64,000 nucleotides of DNA, taken from positions 20,999 to 84,998 of the forward strand of contig CAVPCR010000002.1 of NCBI GenBank assembly GCA_963702435.1, given 5' to 3'. This stretch comes from Candidatus Eiseniibacteriota bacterium (lineage in GTDB: Bacteria; Eisenbacteria; RBG-16-71-46; CAVPCR01). A program made the translations under genes and the position numbers. Shown piece by piece: positions 53,401-61,727 of the stretch. Numbering within the stretch: the stretch's first letter is position 1; each line of letters begins with the position of its first letter. Under the pieces are notes generated by a model. It was not told where the DNA came from and did no database searches. It saw nothing but the letters and a program-made list of their open reading frames with translations.

Positions 53401-53454
53401 GGACCGACGAGATCGACGAGCTCTGTGAGCAGGATGCGTCGGATGCCGGAACAT
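50416..53454 (-). CDS. Fusion of peptidase MA-like domain, TolB-like (PD40) propeller and Omp85/BamA-type barrel
   Basis: FGKNKVQY, HELVH...WYVEGLAE, P.WSPDG repeats, GGAFSLRGY, EIRFPL, terminal FSIGFGY. Confidence 0.85.
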   Translation of the reverse strand: MFRHPTHPAHRARRSRRSRLARLLRAPAVPALAAALFLLAAAAPARAQLFFGKNKVQYTDLTWQVMETPHLSLHFYPEERELAHWVAAMAEEACIELMAEMELDSLRAGRIPFLLYSTHRDFEQTNVTPSIVPEEVGGLTDLIKGRVLVPHTGSYHRLRWVVRHELVHALMLEKLAQDMRAHKKTRYSYPPLWYVEGLAEFLATDWDARADMVLRDCVIHDRLVPIEDLWTIDGTFQMYKEGQSILLFIAEKHGRDKVLEYLKRWWKSDKFDVLTNEILGVTTAELNTAWTAELRRCYYPQVREREAVDVAARRVVGHGDFNVAACPVPSPADTATAGNTADAAEGDLELVFLSSHGGYAGLRHGRYEAGVPPEKAPPPILLAKGGSSEEFESLHFFESALDVNAAREVVFVARSGARDVLHIVDVDRRRRLTTLDFPSLVALGSPAWSPDGRSIVMSGVDVAGHRDLYRVARDGTGLAALTSDLYDDRDPDWSPDGRTIVFASDRCSEGPSGATNLYLLDLESGAITALTSGSHEDSEPSFAPDGERIAFRSDRQEGTFDLYVADLGGRVTPLRRFQTAALDPEWTPDGKSLLFTTFVEQTFAIYATPVVELPAAEEPPPAAPEPASVAPALAMLFGREEMGLVDPVPSWPPDALTDLDGPDREANARWEPATPDTTYPVSGYQRRFALDLIQGGVAFDPDFGGGGGGQIAFSDLLNNEQILLFIANEGGDGGSFLDAFDVGVTYYNSKRRINWALGAFRLARTYNADLDLFLQESRLGGLFLASYPLSRFNRIETSLVARRITNHLYRSGVQGDTYFVSNLFSYVHDSTLWSRIGPFDGVRYGVTLGLTTDLGAGIGDYVSVLGDYRWYRRIAGDMTYAVRGQARVSFGDEGQRYYVGGAFSLRGYPHRSVAGQRLLLLNQEIRFPLVQRMVVAMPTGAMDLPVFYGSCFADAAWVGDDVRGEALYGSVGVGFFVGGGPYPRLRVDIAWPTDFHTIADQANTEFSIGFGY

Positions 53455-53553
53455 GCTCGAGTCTCTCCGCCGCTCTTCTGGCCGGGGGCGGCGAGTCGCC
53501 TCTCGGGCGCTGAAGCCAGGGAGGCCGCAGGCTCTGCCGCCTACCCTACAATC

Positions 53554-54414
53554 TTACGACATCGGCCGCCCCGCTTGGCGGCGCGGCGGCACGGGGGCGG
53601 CCGGGGCCGCAGCTCGGAGCACCTCGGCCATGCCATAGCGGCCGGGCGGGGCCGCCGCCGCGAAGGCAGCGGCCGCGAGGGCGCCACTCACAAAGGCGGT
53701 GCGGGTCTCGGCCCGATGGCGGAGCTCGATCGTCTCGCCGGGGCCGGCCAGGTAGATCGTGTGTTCCCCCACCCAGTCGCCGCCGCGCAGCGCGTGGATG
53801 CCGATCTCCTCGCGCGTTCTGAGCCCGCGCCCCGAGCGGCCGTGGCGGTAGGCCTCCTCCCCGGCGCCGCGGGCCGCCGCGAGGACGCGGGCCAGCGCGA
53901 GCGCCGTGCCGCTTGGCGCGTCGGCCTTCAGCCGGTGATGCCGCTCCTCGATCTCGAGATCGAAGTCGGGCAGCGCGGCCGCCGCCCGTGCTGCCAGGTC
54001 CGCGAGCAGCGCTACCCCGCGGCTCATGTTCGGCGAGTGCACGACAGCGACGAGGCGGGACGCCGCCTCGAGCGCACCCTCGGCGTCGGCGCCGAGCGCC
54101 GTCGTCCCGGAGACGAGCGCCACGCCGGCACCCGCCGCGGCGCGGGCCAGGGCAGCCGTTGCCTCCGCGGTCGTGAACTCGATCATCACCTGCCCGCGGG
54201 CGAGGAGGCGCGCCGGATCGGTCTCGAAACGCGGTCCGCCGGGAAAGGGCGTCGTCCCGAGCGCCGGGTCGTCGGCACGGGTCAGGAGCCCGGCGAGCGC
54301 GAAGCGTGGATCGGCGCAGACGGCGCGCGTCACGAGCTCCCCCATCCGCCCGCCGGCACCGGCGACGACCACCGGGATCGGCGCCGCCGCGGACCCCGGG
54401 CGGGTGGCGGTCAC
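53554..54414 (-). CDS. dapB: 4-hydroxy-tetrahydrodipicolinate reductase
   Basis: GAGGRMG, VSGTT, SPNMSRGV, ERHHRLKADAPSGTA, GEHTI. Confidence 0.95.
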   Translation of the reverse strand: MTATRPGSAAAPIPVVVAGAGGRMGELVTRAVCADPRFALAGLLTRADDPALGTTPFPGGPRFETDPARLLARGQVMIEFTTAEATAALARAAAGAGVALVSGTTALGADAEGALEAASRLVAVVHSPNMSRGVALLADLAARAAAALPDFDLEIEERHHRLKADAPSGTALALARVLAAARGAGEEAYRHGRSGRGLRTREEIGIHALRGGDWVGEHTIYLAGPGETIELRHRAETRTAFVSGALAAAAFAAAAPPGRYGMAEVLRAAAPAAPVPPRRQAGRPMS

Positions 54415-55304
54415 GAGCGCGCCCCCGCTCCGGCGCCCACCTCGAGCCCGAACGCGCGGAGCGCTGCCTCGATCTTCTGCCCGTTCTCCGCGCCCACCGG
54501 CACGAGCGGGAGCCGGAGCTCGTCGGCGATGAAGCCGAGGCGATGGAGCGCATGCTTCACGGGACCGGGGTTCGTCTCGATGAACATGGCCTTGGTCAGC
54601 GGATAGAGGCGCGCATGGAGCGCGCGCGCCGCTGCGAGGTCGCTCCGCGCCGCGGCATCCACCATGGCCTTCACCTCGCGCGGCGCCACGTTGGCGACGA
54701 CCGACACGATGCCCCTGGCCCCCACGGCCATCATCGGGAGCGTGAGCGAGTCGTCGCCCGCGAGGACGGTCAGGTTCGTCTGCGCCACGAGCTCGCTCGC
54801 CTGGTCCACCGAACCCGCCGCCTCCTTGATGGCGACCACGTGCTCGATCGCGGCGAGGCGGGCGGCGGTCGCCGGAGCCAGGTTGAGCCCCGTGCGTCCG
54901 GGCACGTTGTAGACGACGATCGGGAGCGCGGCCGCGCGCGCCACCGCCTCGTAGTGGCGGACGAGCCCGTCGGGTGTGGGCTTGTTGTAGTACGGGGTGA
55001 CGACCATGACGCCGTCGGCCCCGGCCTCGCGTGCGGCGCGCGAGAGCTCGATCGTCTGGGCGGTCGAGTTGGTGCCGGTGCCGGCGACCACGAAGGCGCG
55101 CCCCTTCGCCGCGGCGAGCACGACCTCGAGCGCGCGTCGCTTCTCCTCCGAGGTAAGGGTGGCTCCCTCCCCCGTCGATCCGATGACGACGAGGCCGTCG
55201 AGCCCGCCGGCCACGAGGTGGCGCGCGAGGGCGCCGAGCGCCTCGAAGTCGACCGCTCCGTTCCTGAAGGGCGTGACGATGGCACAGCTGGCGCCTTCGA
55301 ACAT
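54411..55304 (-). CDS. dapA: 4-hydroxy-tetrahydrodipicolinate synthase
   Basis: AIVTPF, GSTGE, PYYNKP, YNVPGRTG, IKEA, ETNPGPVK. Confidence 0.96.
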   Translation of the reverse strand: MFEGASCAIVTPFRNGAVDFEALGALARHLVAGGLDGLVVIGSTGEGATLTSEEKRRALEVVLAAAKGRAFVVAGTGTNSTAQTIELSRAAREAGADGVMVVTPYYNKPTPDGLVRHYEAVARAAALPIVVYNVPGRTGLNLAPATAARLAAIEHVVAIKEAAGSVDQASELVAQTNLTVLAGDDSLTLPMMAVGARGIVSVVANVAPREVKAMVDAAARSDLAAARALHARLYPLTKAMFIETNPGPVKHALHRLGFIADELRLPLVPVGAENGQKIEAALRAFGLEVGAGAGARS

Positions 55305-55333
55305 GGCTCCCTCCTCGGTGTCACGCCCGCGCT

Positions 55334-56569
55334 CTAGCGCGGGCGCGGGCGGACGGTGAAGTCGATTCCCGTCGTCTCCTCGAGCGGATCCACGCGCACC
55401 GAGTCGATCGGGCTCGCTGCCGGCTCGCTCGGATCATAGCGCCGATTCCCGTCCCGATCGAGGTACGCCTCGACCCGGTACCAGCCGGGCGGGAGGTTCT
55501 TGAGCGCGTAACGCCCGAGGCTGTCGGCCACCGCGGTCGCGAGCGCCGCCGTGTCGGCCGGCGCGTTGCGCGGATCGAGCGGCGGGAGAGCGAGAGCGCG
55601 GAGCCACGCCTCGACGACGAAGGGCGGTCCCGCGGCGCGCGCGGTGTCGGCGGCGGCGGCCTCCCCGGCGAGCACCGCGGCGGCCTCCTCGCCGGCGACC
55701 ACCGAGTCGGGAGCCGCAGCGAGCACCGTATCCGGCACCGCCGCCGGGGGCGGCGACATGGCCGTGCGCTCGCCCGTCGAGTCGATGACGGCGCCCGCGA
55801 TGGTGCCGGGCGCCCGCGGGTCGCGGAAGTCGATCACCACCCCGGTCGCCACCGGGCGAGCGGGATCGAGCCACAGCGTGTCGGGGTAGGCGGCGAGGAA
55901 CTCCGAGTCGCGATCGAACTCGCGATCCCGGTTGGCGTCGAAGTGCGCCATCACCACGTAGCGCCGGTCGGCCCTGAGACCGATCAGAGCGAAGGTCGAG
56001 TCCTGCGCGGCCTGGGTCACGTAGTCCGGGAGCATGGTGTCGGGACGCGCCGCCGCGCGCTCGACGTCCACCGCCCACACCATGGTGCCGTGGGGACGCT
56101 GGCCCTTGGCGACGAGCCGGCCCTCGATCCGTCCCTGATCGACCGAGTCTCCGGTCGAGAAGATGAAGACGTACGGGGCGACCATCGTGTTCCCCTCGCG
56201 CTCGTCCTTGGCCCCGGTCCCGACGATGACCGTCGTCGTCACGTCGGGCACGAAGTCCTCGCCGCCGGAGAGGCGGAGCGTCGAGCCGTCCCAGCGCCGC
56301 TCGCCGAAGTCGCGCGGCGGCGAGAGGAGCACCCAGTCGAGCACGGTGCCCCGGTTCATGGACTCGGAGAAGGTGATCGCGACGTCGGCATCGGGTGGGA
56401 CGCGGGTCGCGCCCGAATCGGGCTCGGTGGCGACGACGAAGGGCGGCGAGAGGTCGCGCGGGCCGCCGGGCGGCATGCCCTGGCGCGCGCAGGCGGCGGC
56501 GGTCGCCACGGCGGCGGCGGCCGCGGCCATGGCGAGGAAACGTCGCGACTCCGCGCGCGGGCGGCGCAT
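55334..56569 (-). CDS. Ig-like (Big_5) domain lipoprotein
   Basis: CARQGMPPGGPRD..PP, ITFSESM, FSTGDSVD. Confidence 0.8.
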   Translation of the reverse strand: MRRPRAESRRFLAMAAAAAAVATAAACARQGMPPGGPRDLSPPFVVATEPDSGATRVPPDADVAITFSESMNRGTVLDWVLLSPPRDFGERRWDGSTLRLSGGEDFVPDVTTTVIVGTGAKDEREGNTMVAPYVFIFSTGDSVDQGRIEGRLVAKGQRPHGTMVWAVDVERAAARPDTMLPDYVTQAAQDSTFALIGLRADRRYVVMAHFDANRDREFDRDSEFLAAYPDTLWLDPARPVATGVVIDFRDPRAPGTIAGAVIDSTGERTAMSPPPAAVPDTVLAAAPDSVVAGEEAAAVLAGEAAAADTARAAGPPFVVEAWLRALALPPLDPRNAPADTAALATAVADSLGRYALKNLPPGWYRVEAYLDRDGNRRYDPSEPAASPIDSVRVDPLEETTGIDFTVRPRPR

Positions 56570-56575
56570 CGGACC

Positions 56576-57520
56576 TCAGGCGATGAGGCTCGCGAGGAGC
56601 CCCTTCTGCGCGTGCATGCGGTTCTCGGCCTCGTGGAAGACGACCGACTGCGGCCCCTCGATGACGTCGGCCGTGATCTCGTCGCCGCGGTGCGCCGGGA
56701 GGCAGTGCATGACGACGGCGCGCGGATCGGCCTCCTTGAGGAGCGCCGCGTTCAGCTGGAAAGGCCGGAACACCTCGCGCCGCGCCGCCGCCTCGCTCTC
56801 CTGCCCCATCGAGGCCCAGACGTCGGTGTAGAGCATGCGGGCCCCGGCGGCCGCGGCGCGCGCGTCGTGGGTGACCGTGATCTTCGCCCCGCCCTTCCGG
56901 GCGCGCGCGAGGATCTCCGCGTTCGGCTCGTAGCCCTTCGGCACGGCGAGACGGAGATCGAGACCGAAGATCTCGGCGGCGTCGATCCAGGAGTGGGCCA
57001 CGTTGTTCCCGTCGCCGAGCCAGGCCACGGGGAGCCCGTCGAACTCGAGGCCCAGCTCGCGGAGCGTCATCAGATCGGCGAGGATCTGGCAGGGATGCAC
57101 CAGGTCATCGAGCCCGTTGATCACCGGCACGCTCGCGTGCCGGGCGAGCCCGCGGACGAGATCGTGCTTGAAGGTGCGGATCATGATGGCGTCCACGTAG
57201 CCGGAGAGAACGCGCGCCACGTCCTCGACCGGCTCGCGGGAATCGATCCCGATCTCCTTCTCCGTGACGTAGAGCGCCGCGCCGCCGAGCTGCGCCATGC
57301 CCACCTCGAAGCTCACGCGCGTGCGGAGCGAGGGCTTGTGGAAGATCATGGCGAGCGTGCGGCCGCGGAGCCGCTCCGAGGCCCCGCGTTCGCGGAACTC
57401 GCGTTTCACGCGGGCGGCCTCGGCGAGGACCGCCTCGAGGCCCGGGCGGTCCCAGTCGGACAGGGTGACGAAATCGCGCTTCTTCAGAGCCGGCTTCTGG
57501 GCGGACACGGTCGTGGTCAT
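56576..57520 (-). CDS. argF: Ornithine carbamoyltransferase
   Basis: FHKPSLRTRVSF, HPCQILAD, GDGNNV, YTDVWASMGQE, HCLP, AENRMH. Confidence 0.95.
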   Translation of the reverse strand: MTTTVSAQKPALKKRDFVTLSDWDRPGLEAVLAEAARVKREFRERGASERLRGRTLAMIFHKPSLRTRVSFEVGMAQLGGAALYVTEKEIGIDSREPVEDVARVLSGYVDAIMIRTFKHDLVRGLARHASVPVINGLDDLVHPCQILADLMTLRELGLEFDGLPVAWLGDGNNVAHSWIDAAEIFGLDLRLAVPKGYEPNAEILARARKGGAKITVTHDARAAAAGARMLYTDVWASMGQESEAAARREVFRPFQLNAALLKEADPRAVVMHCLPAHRGDEITADVIEGPQSVVFHEAENRMHAQKGLLASLIA

Positions 57521-57998
57521 GGATCCTCTCGATTCCGGGATGGCGCGGGGCCGCGGGGGCCCGGTGGCTGCGCTGACCCGCGGAGTGTAGGAAGCCCCCG
57601 CGCGCGTGGCAAGGGCGCCGCGGAGCCCCGTCCCCCCGGCTGCCGCGCGCTTGCCCGGCGCGCCGCACCCGGCGGGTGACCGCCGTGCCTGAACCCGTGG
57701 CTGTGTGCACCGCATGCGGTCTCCTGCAGTGCCCCCCTTCTGGAGATGTCCGGAGGCAACCGGCAGGACTTGTCGCGGGAACTGCGGGCTGGTAGTCTGC
57801 AGGAGCATGATGGAACGAGCGCCCGATGCGTGGGCATCGTGCCTGCCGGACATGCGCGCGGTTTCGCGACGAGGGAGGACCACGATGAGCGTCTTCGACA
57901 ACCGCAAGAGCACTCTGCCTCGTCCAGCCCCGGGATCGTCTGCGAGTTCGAGCGGTGACCAGGGGTCACCGGCGACTACATGCAGAAGGGGAAGAGAC

Positions 57999-58727
57999 AT
58001 GAACGACTATGCCAGGGCTTCGCTCTTGTCACTGGTGACGTTGCTGTGTGCGACTGGCTATCCAGTCGCTGGCGAGTGCGCGCAGGACGATCGAGACAGC
58101 ACTCACACGACGTTGGATCTAGTCGACATGCCGGACATGAAGCCCCTCCTGGCCGAGGGGACTGAGATCACGCCGGCAACGCTGTCCAAGCTGGGGTACG
58201 AGGCTATCTCCAAGGATGAATACGAGAAACGCTTCGCTGCCCCCAGGGATGTCCCCAGTCTCAATTTCGCCAGCACGGTAGTCGATTCTCTTGAGGGCAC
58301 GAACATGTTCATCGCTGTGTTCTTGCTTTACATCGTGCAGACGGGCGATGAGCAACCGCCCGGATCCGTTGCGGTCATAGCCATAGACGGCGAGCGCTTT
58401 TCCACAACCACGACTCCGAGTGTCGCCGCCGCGCCATCGCTGTGGACTGTCGGTGACCATGGCATGATCAATGAGGTCGCACCTTCCCGGGGCGTTGCTG
58501 GCGCCTTGACGCAGCTCAAGTACCGCTCCGCCGATCTGGACTACGACGTGTGCTACTACGACGACGCAGCCAAGACACGCTTCGAGCGTGTCATGCGCAA
58601 AGCCACCGCGGGTGGACAGAGGACCTGGGTCATGGCGGTGCAGCAGGATGGAGCGTACTACTCGAAGTCCGCAGTCGTGGATCCGGGGGCGGCAGAGAAG
58701 GCCGAGACTCACCACAACCAGAACTAG
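57999..58727 (+). CDS. Hypothetical exported protein of visibly lower GC
   Basis: 242-aa ORF with signal-like N-terminus and atypical codon usage; no motif recognised. Confidence 0.6.
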   Translation: MNDYARASLLSLVTLLCATGYPVAGECAQDDRDSTHTTLDLVDMPDMKPLLAEGTEITPATLSKLGYEAISKDEYEKRFAAPRDVPSLNFASTVVDSLEGTNMFIAVFLLYIVQTGDEQPPGSVAVIAIDGERFSTTTTPSVAAAPSLWTVGDHGMINEVAPSRGVAGALTQLKYRSADLDYDVCYYDDAAKTRFERVMRKATAGGQRTWVMAVQQDGAYYSKSAVVDPGAAEKAETHHNQN

Positions 58728-59127
58728 GCGCCTCGCCCCCGCCGGGCCACCCCTCCCCTGGCGGGGGCTCGCACTCGCGGCAGCGGATCCCGAGACCCGA
58801 GCCCCCTGGGCGCGGGTTGCCGCATTCTCCCGCCATGCCGCCCACGATGCCATGCGTCCTTCCCGGACTGGCCGGGTGCGACAAACGGTGGTAGCTTCGC
58901 GCGGCGCGAGCCGGTCCATCCTGCAGGTCACAAGCCACCGCAGGATGACCAGACGGCCTCGAGCGATCGCGAGTCCCTCGAAGTCGGACCGGAGCGGACC
59001 ACCCGTCCAGACCTCCGCGGGGGACCAGTTCTCGTGAACGGGGGTGCGCCAGCGGCGCCGGTGGTCTATCCTCCCCCGCGCTCGCGCTCCCACGAGCGCG
59101 CGAGCCGGCGAAAGGAGTGCTAGGCGT

Positions 59128-59484
59128 ATGCAAGAGACGGGATTCAGCAGCAACTTCTATGTCTTCCTCCTGGCCGCCTTCCTCGGCCTCGAGGTGATCC
59201 GGCGGGTGTCGCCGCTTCTCCACACCCCGCTCATGTCGCTCACCAACGCGATCTCGGCGATCGCCATCGTCGGCTCGATCGCCATCACCGGACAGGAGCG
59301 GAGCCAGCTCTCGATCATCCTCGGCTCGATCGCGGTCGTCGCCTCGACCATCAACGTGGTCGGCGGCTTCCTGATCACCGATCGCATGCTCAAGATGTTC
59401 CGCTCGCGGGAGGGTGACAAGGCCAAGCCGGGCACGAAGGCCGACGGCGGGAAGCCGGCCGCCGGCGGGGAGGGCGGGCGATGA
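59128..59484 (+). CDS. pntAB: NAD(P) transhydrogenase alpha subunit part 2 (membrane)
   Basis: LHTPLMSLTNAISAI, INVVGGFLITDRMLKMF; RBS AAGGAG. Confidence 0.93.
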   Translation: MQETGFSSNFYVFLLAAFLGLEVIRRVSPLLHTPLMSLTNAISAIAIVGSIAITGQERSQLSIILGSIAVVASTINVVGGFLITDRMLKMFRSREGDKAKPGTKADGGKPAAGGEGGR

Positions 59485-60863
59485 ACGACGTCTTCGTCCA
59501 GATCGCCTACCTCGCGGCCTCCGCCTTCTTCATCCTCGCGCTCAAGTGGCTGAGCGCCCCGAGCACCGCGCGGCGCGGAGTCAAGGTCGGCATGCTCGGC
59601 ATGCTCCTCGCCGTGATCGGCACCCTGCTCCTGCCGGACATCGTCTCCTACAAGTGGATCGCCATCGCGCTCGTGATCGGCACGGCGATCGGCATCCCCA
59701 TGGCGATGGTGCCGATGACCGCCGTGCCGCAGCGAACCGCCCTCTCCCACGCCTTCGGCGCCCTCGCCGCGGCGCTCGTCGGCACCGCCGAGTACTACCT
59801 CCACACCGAGCATCTCTCCCGCTTCACGATGGGCGCCCTCGTGCTCGAGGTGCTCCTCGGCTCGCTCACCTTCACCGGCAGCCTGATGGCCTTCGGAAAG
59901 CTCCAGGAGATCCTCCCGCAGCGACCGATCGTGTACAAGGGCCAGAACCTCGTGAACCTGGGCCTCCTCGCCCTCGCCGTCGCCGTCGGCATCTACCTGG
60001 TCCTGAATCCCTGGCACACGGCGCTCTTCCCGGCGCTCATCGTTCTCGCCCTCATCTTCGGCGTCCTCCTCATCATCCCGATCGGCGGCGCCGACATGCC
60101 GACCGTGATCTCGCTCCTCAACTCCTATGCCGGGCTAGCCGCCTCGGCGATGGGCTTCGTCCTCAACAACAAGCTCCTCATCATCGCCGGCGCCCTCGAC
60201 GGCGCCTCGGGCTTCATCCTCTCGGTGATCATGTGCAAGGCCATGAACCGCTCGTTCACGAACGTGCTGTTCGGCGCCTTCGGCCAGCTGCAGGTCGCCG
60301 CCGGCAAGGCCGAGGAGCGGACGGCACGGAGCGCGACCCCGGAGGAAGCGGCCTCGGTGCTCGAGGCCGCGCGCTCGGTCTTCATCGTGCCGGGCTACGG
60401 CATGGCGGTGGCGCAGGCCCAGTACAAGGTACGCGAGCTCTACGACGCGCTCTCCAAGCGCGGCGTCGAGGTCAAGTTCGCCATCCACCCGGTCGCCGGG
60501 CGCATGCCGGGGCACATGAACGTCCTCCTCGCCGAGGCCGACATCCCGTACGAGAAGCTCCTCGAGATGGACGAGATCAACTCCGAGTTCCCGCAGTGCG
60601 ACGTCGCCCTCGTCATCGGCGCCAACGACGTCACCAACCCGGCCGCCCGCCACGACAAGACGAGCCCGATCTACGGCATGCCGATCCTCGACGTGGACAA
60701 GGCGCACACCGTGATGGTCATCAAGCGGAGCCTGAATCCCGGCTTCGCCGGCATCGACAACGAGCTCTACTACATGCCGAAGACCCTCATGCTGTTCGGG
60801 GACGCCAAGGGTTTCGTGGCGAGCATGGTGAAGGAGTTCTCCGGGTCGGGCATGCACGGATGA
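59481..60863 (+). CDS. pntB: NAD(P) transhydrogenase beta subunit
   Basis: IGGADMPTVISLLNSY, MCKAMNRS, VPGYGMAVAQAQ, HPVAGRMPGHMNVLLAEA, GANDVTNP. Confidence 0.96.
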   Translation: MNDVFVQIAYLAASAFFILALKWLSAPSTARRGVKVGMLGMLLAVIGTLLLPDIVSYKWIAIALVIGTAIGIPMAMVPMTAVPQRTALSHAFGALAAALVGTAEYYLHTEHLSRFTMGALVLEVLLGSLTFTGSLMAFGKLQEILPQRPIVYKGQNLVNLGLLALAVAVGIYLVLNPWHTALFPALIVLALIFGVLLIIPIGGADMPTVISLLNSYAGLAASAMGFVLNNKLLIIAGALDGASGFILSVIMCKAMNRSFTNVLFGAFGQLQVAAGKAEERTARSATPEEAASVLEAARSVFIVPGYGMAVAQAQYKVRELYDALSKRGVEVKFAIHPVAGRMPGHMNVLLAEADIPYEKLLEMDEINSEFPQCDVALVIGANDVTNPAARHDKTSPIYGMPILDVDKAHTVMVIKRSLNPGFAGIDNELYYMPKTLMLFGDAKGFVASMVKEFSGSGMHG

Positions 60864-61112
60864 CGCCCGAGCGACGGACCGGTCGCGGCACGAAAGCTGT
60901 CACCCACGGGGCAGGATCCCCCGCCCTGCGCGCGGACCGCGCGGAAGCGGGCCGTGAATCGGCCGTTCGGCGGCGGGATCGGCTGCCATTTTGTCTGGCG
61001 GCGGCGGTGCGGCCGGGACATACTCGGCTCCGGCCTGGCCGCCATCCGCGATCCGACAGGCGCCCGGGGCCTCGATCCGGCCGCCGACGGCCCGGGCTCA
61101 TGGAGGCGACCA

Positions 61113-61691
61113 TTGACGATCAGCGCCCCGGTCCACGATGAAGCACGGCTCCGCGACCAGGTCCTCGCGCTCTGGCCCGAACTTGCCTGGATCCAGTCCG
61201 CCGACCTCCGCGAGAAGGTCACCGCAACCTGGATCAAGGCTTTCGCCCTGAGCCCGCTCACGCCCAAGGATCTGACCGAGATCCCCTTCACGCTCCTCGT
61301 CCCCAACTGCCCGATCACCTTCATGGAGCACAAGCGCTGCGTCGTCCACATCGCGCGGCGAGCAGCCGAATCGATGCAGGAGTTCCTCGGGCGCGCGCTC
61401 CCGATCGACATGGACACGGTGATCGCCGGCGCCATCCTCGCGGATGTCGGGAAGCTCCTCGAGTACGAGAAGGTCGACGGGAAGGCGAAGCAGTCGAAGC
61501 GGGGCGAGGCGCTCCGCCACCCCTTCACCGGGGTCGCGCTCGCCATGGCCTGCGGGGTGCCGGATCAAGTGTGTCACGTGATCGCGACGCACGCCGGCGA
61601 GGGCGACATGGTCAAGCGCACGACCGAGGCGTTCATCGTCCATCACGCCGACTTCATGAGCTTCGAACCATTCAAGAACCTACCCCGCTAG
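61113..61691 (+). CDS. HD/HDIG-domain-like protein (HD motif reads AD)
   Basis: EHKRCV, GAILADVGKLLEY, RHPFTG, HVIATH, VHHADF; GGAGG plus TTG start. Confidence 0.8.
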   Translation: MTISAPVHDEARLRDQVLALWPELAWIQSADLREKVTATWIKAFALSPLTPKDLTEIPFTLLVPNCPITFMEHKRCVVHIARRAAESMQEFLGRALPIDMDTVIAGAILADVGKLLEYEKVDGKAKQSKRGEALRHPFTGVALAMACGVPDQVCHVIATHAGEGDMVKRTTEAFIVHHADFMSFEPFKNLPR

Positions 61692-61727
61692 GCCGCGGGC
61701 CGCGGGCGCCCAGGGAGGCTTTCAGGC

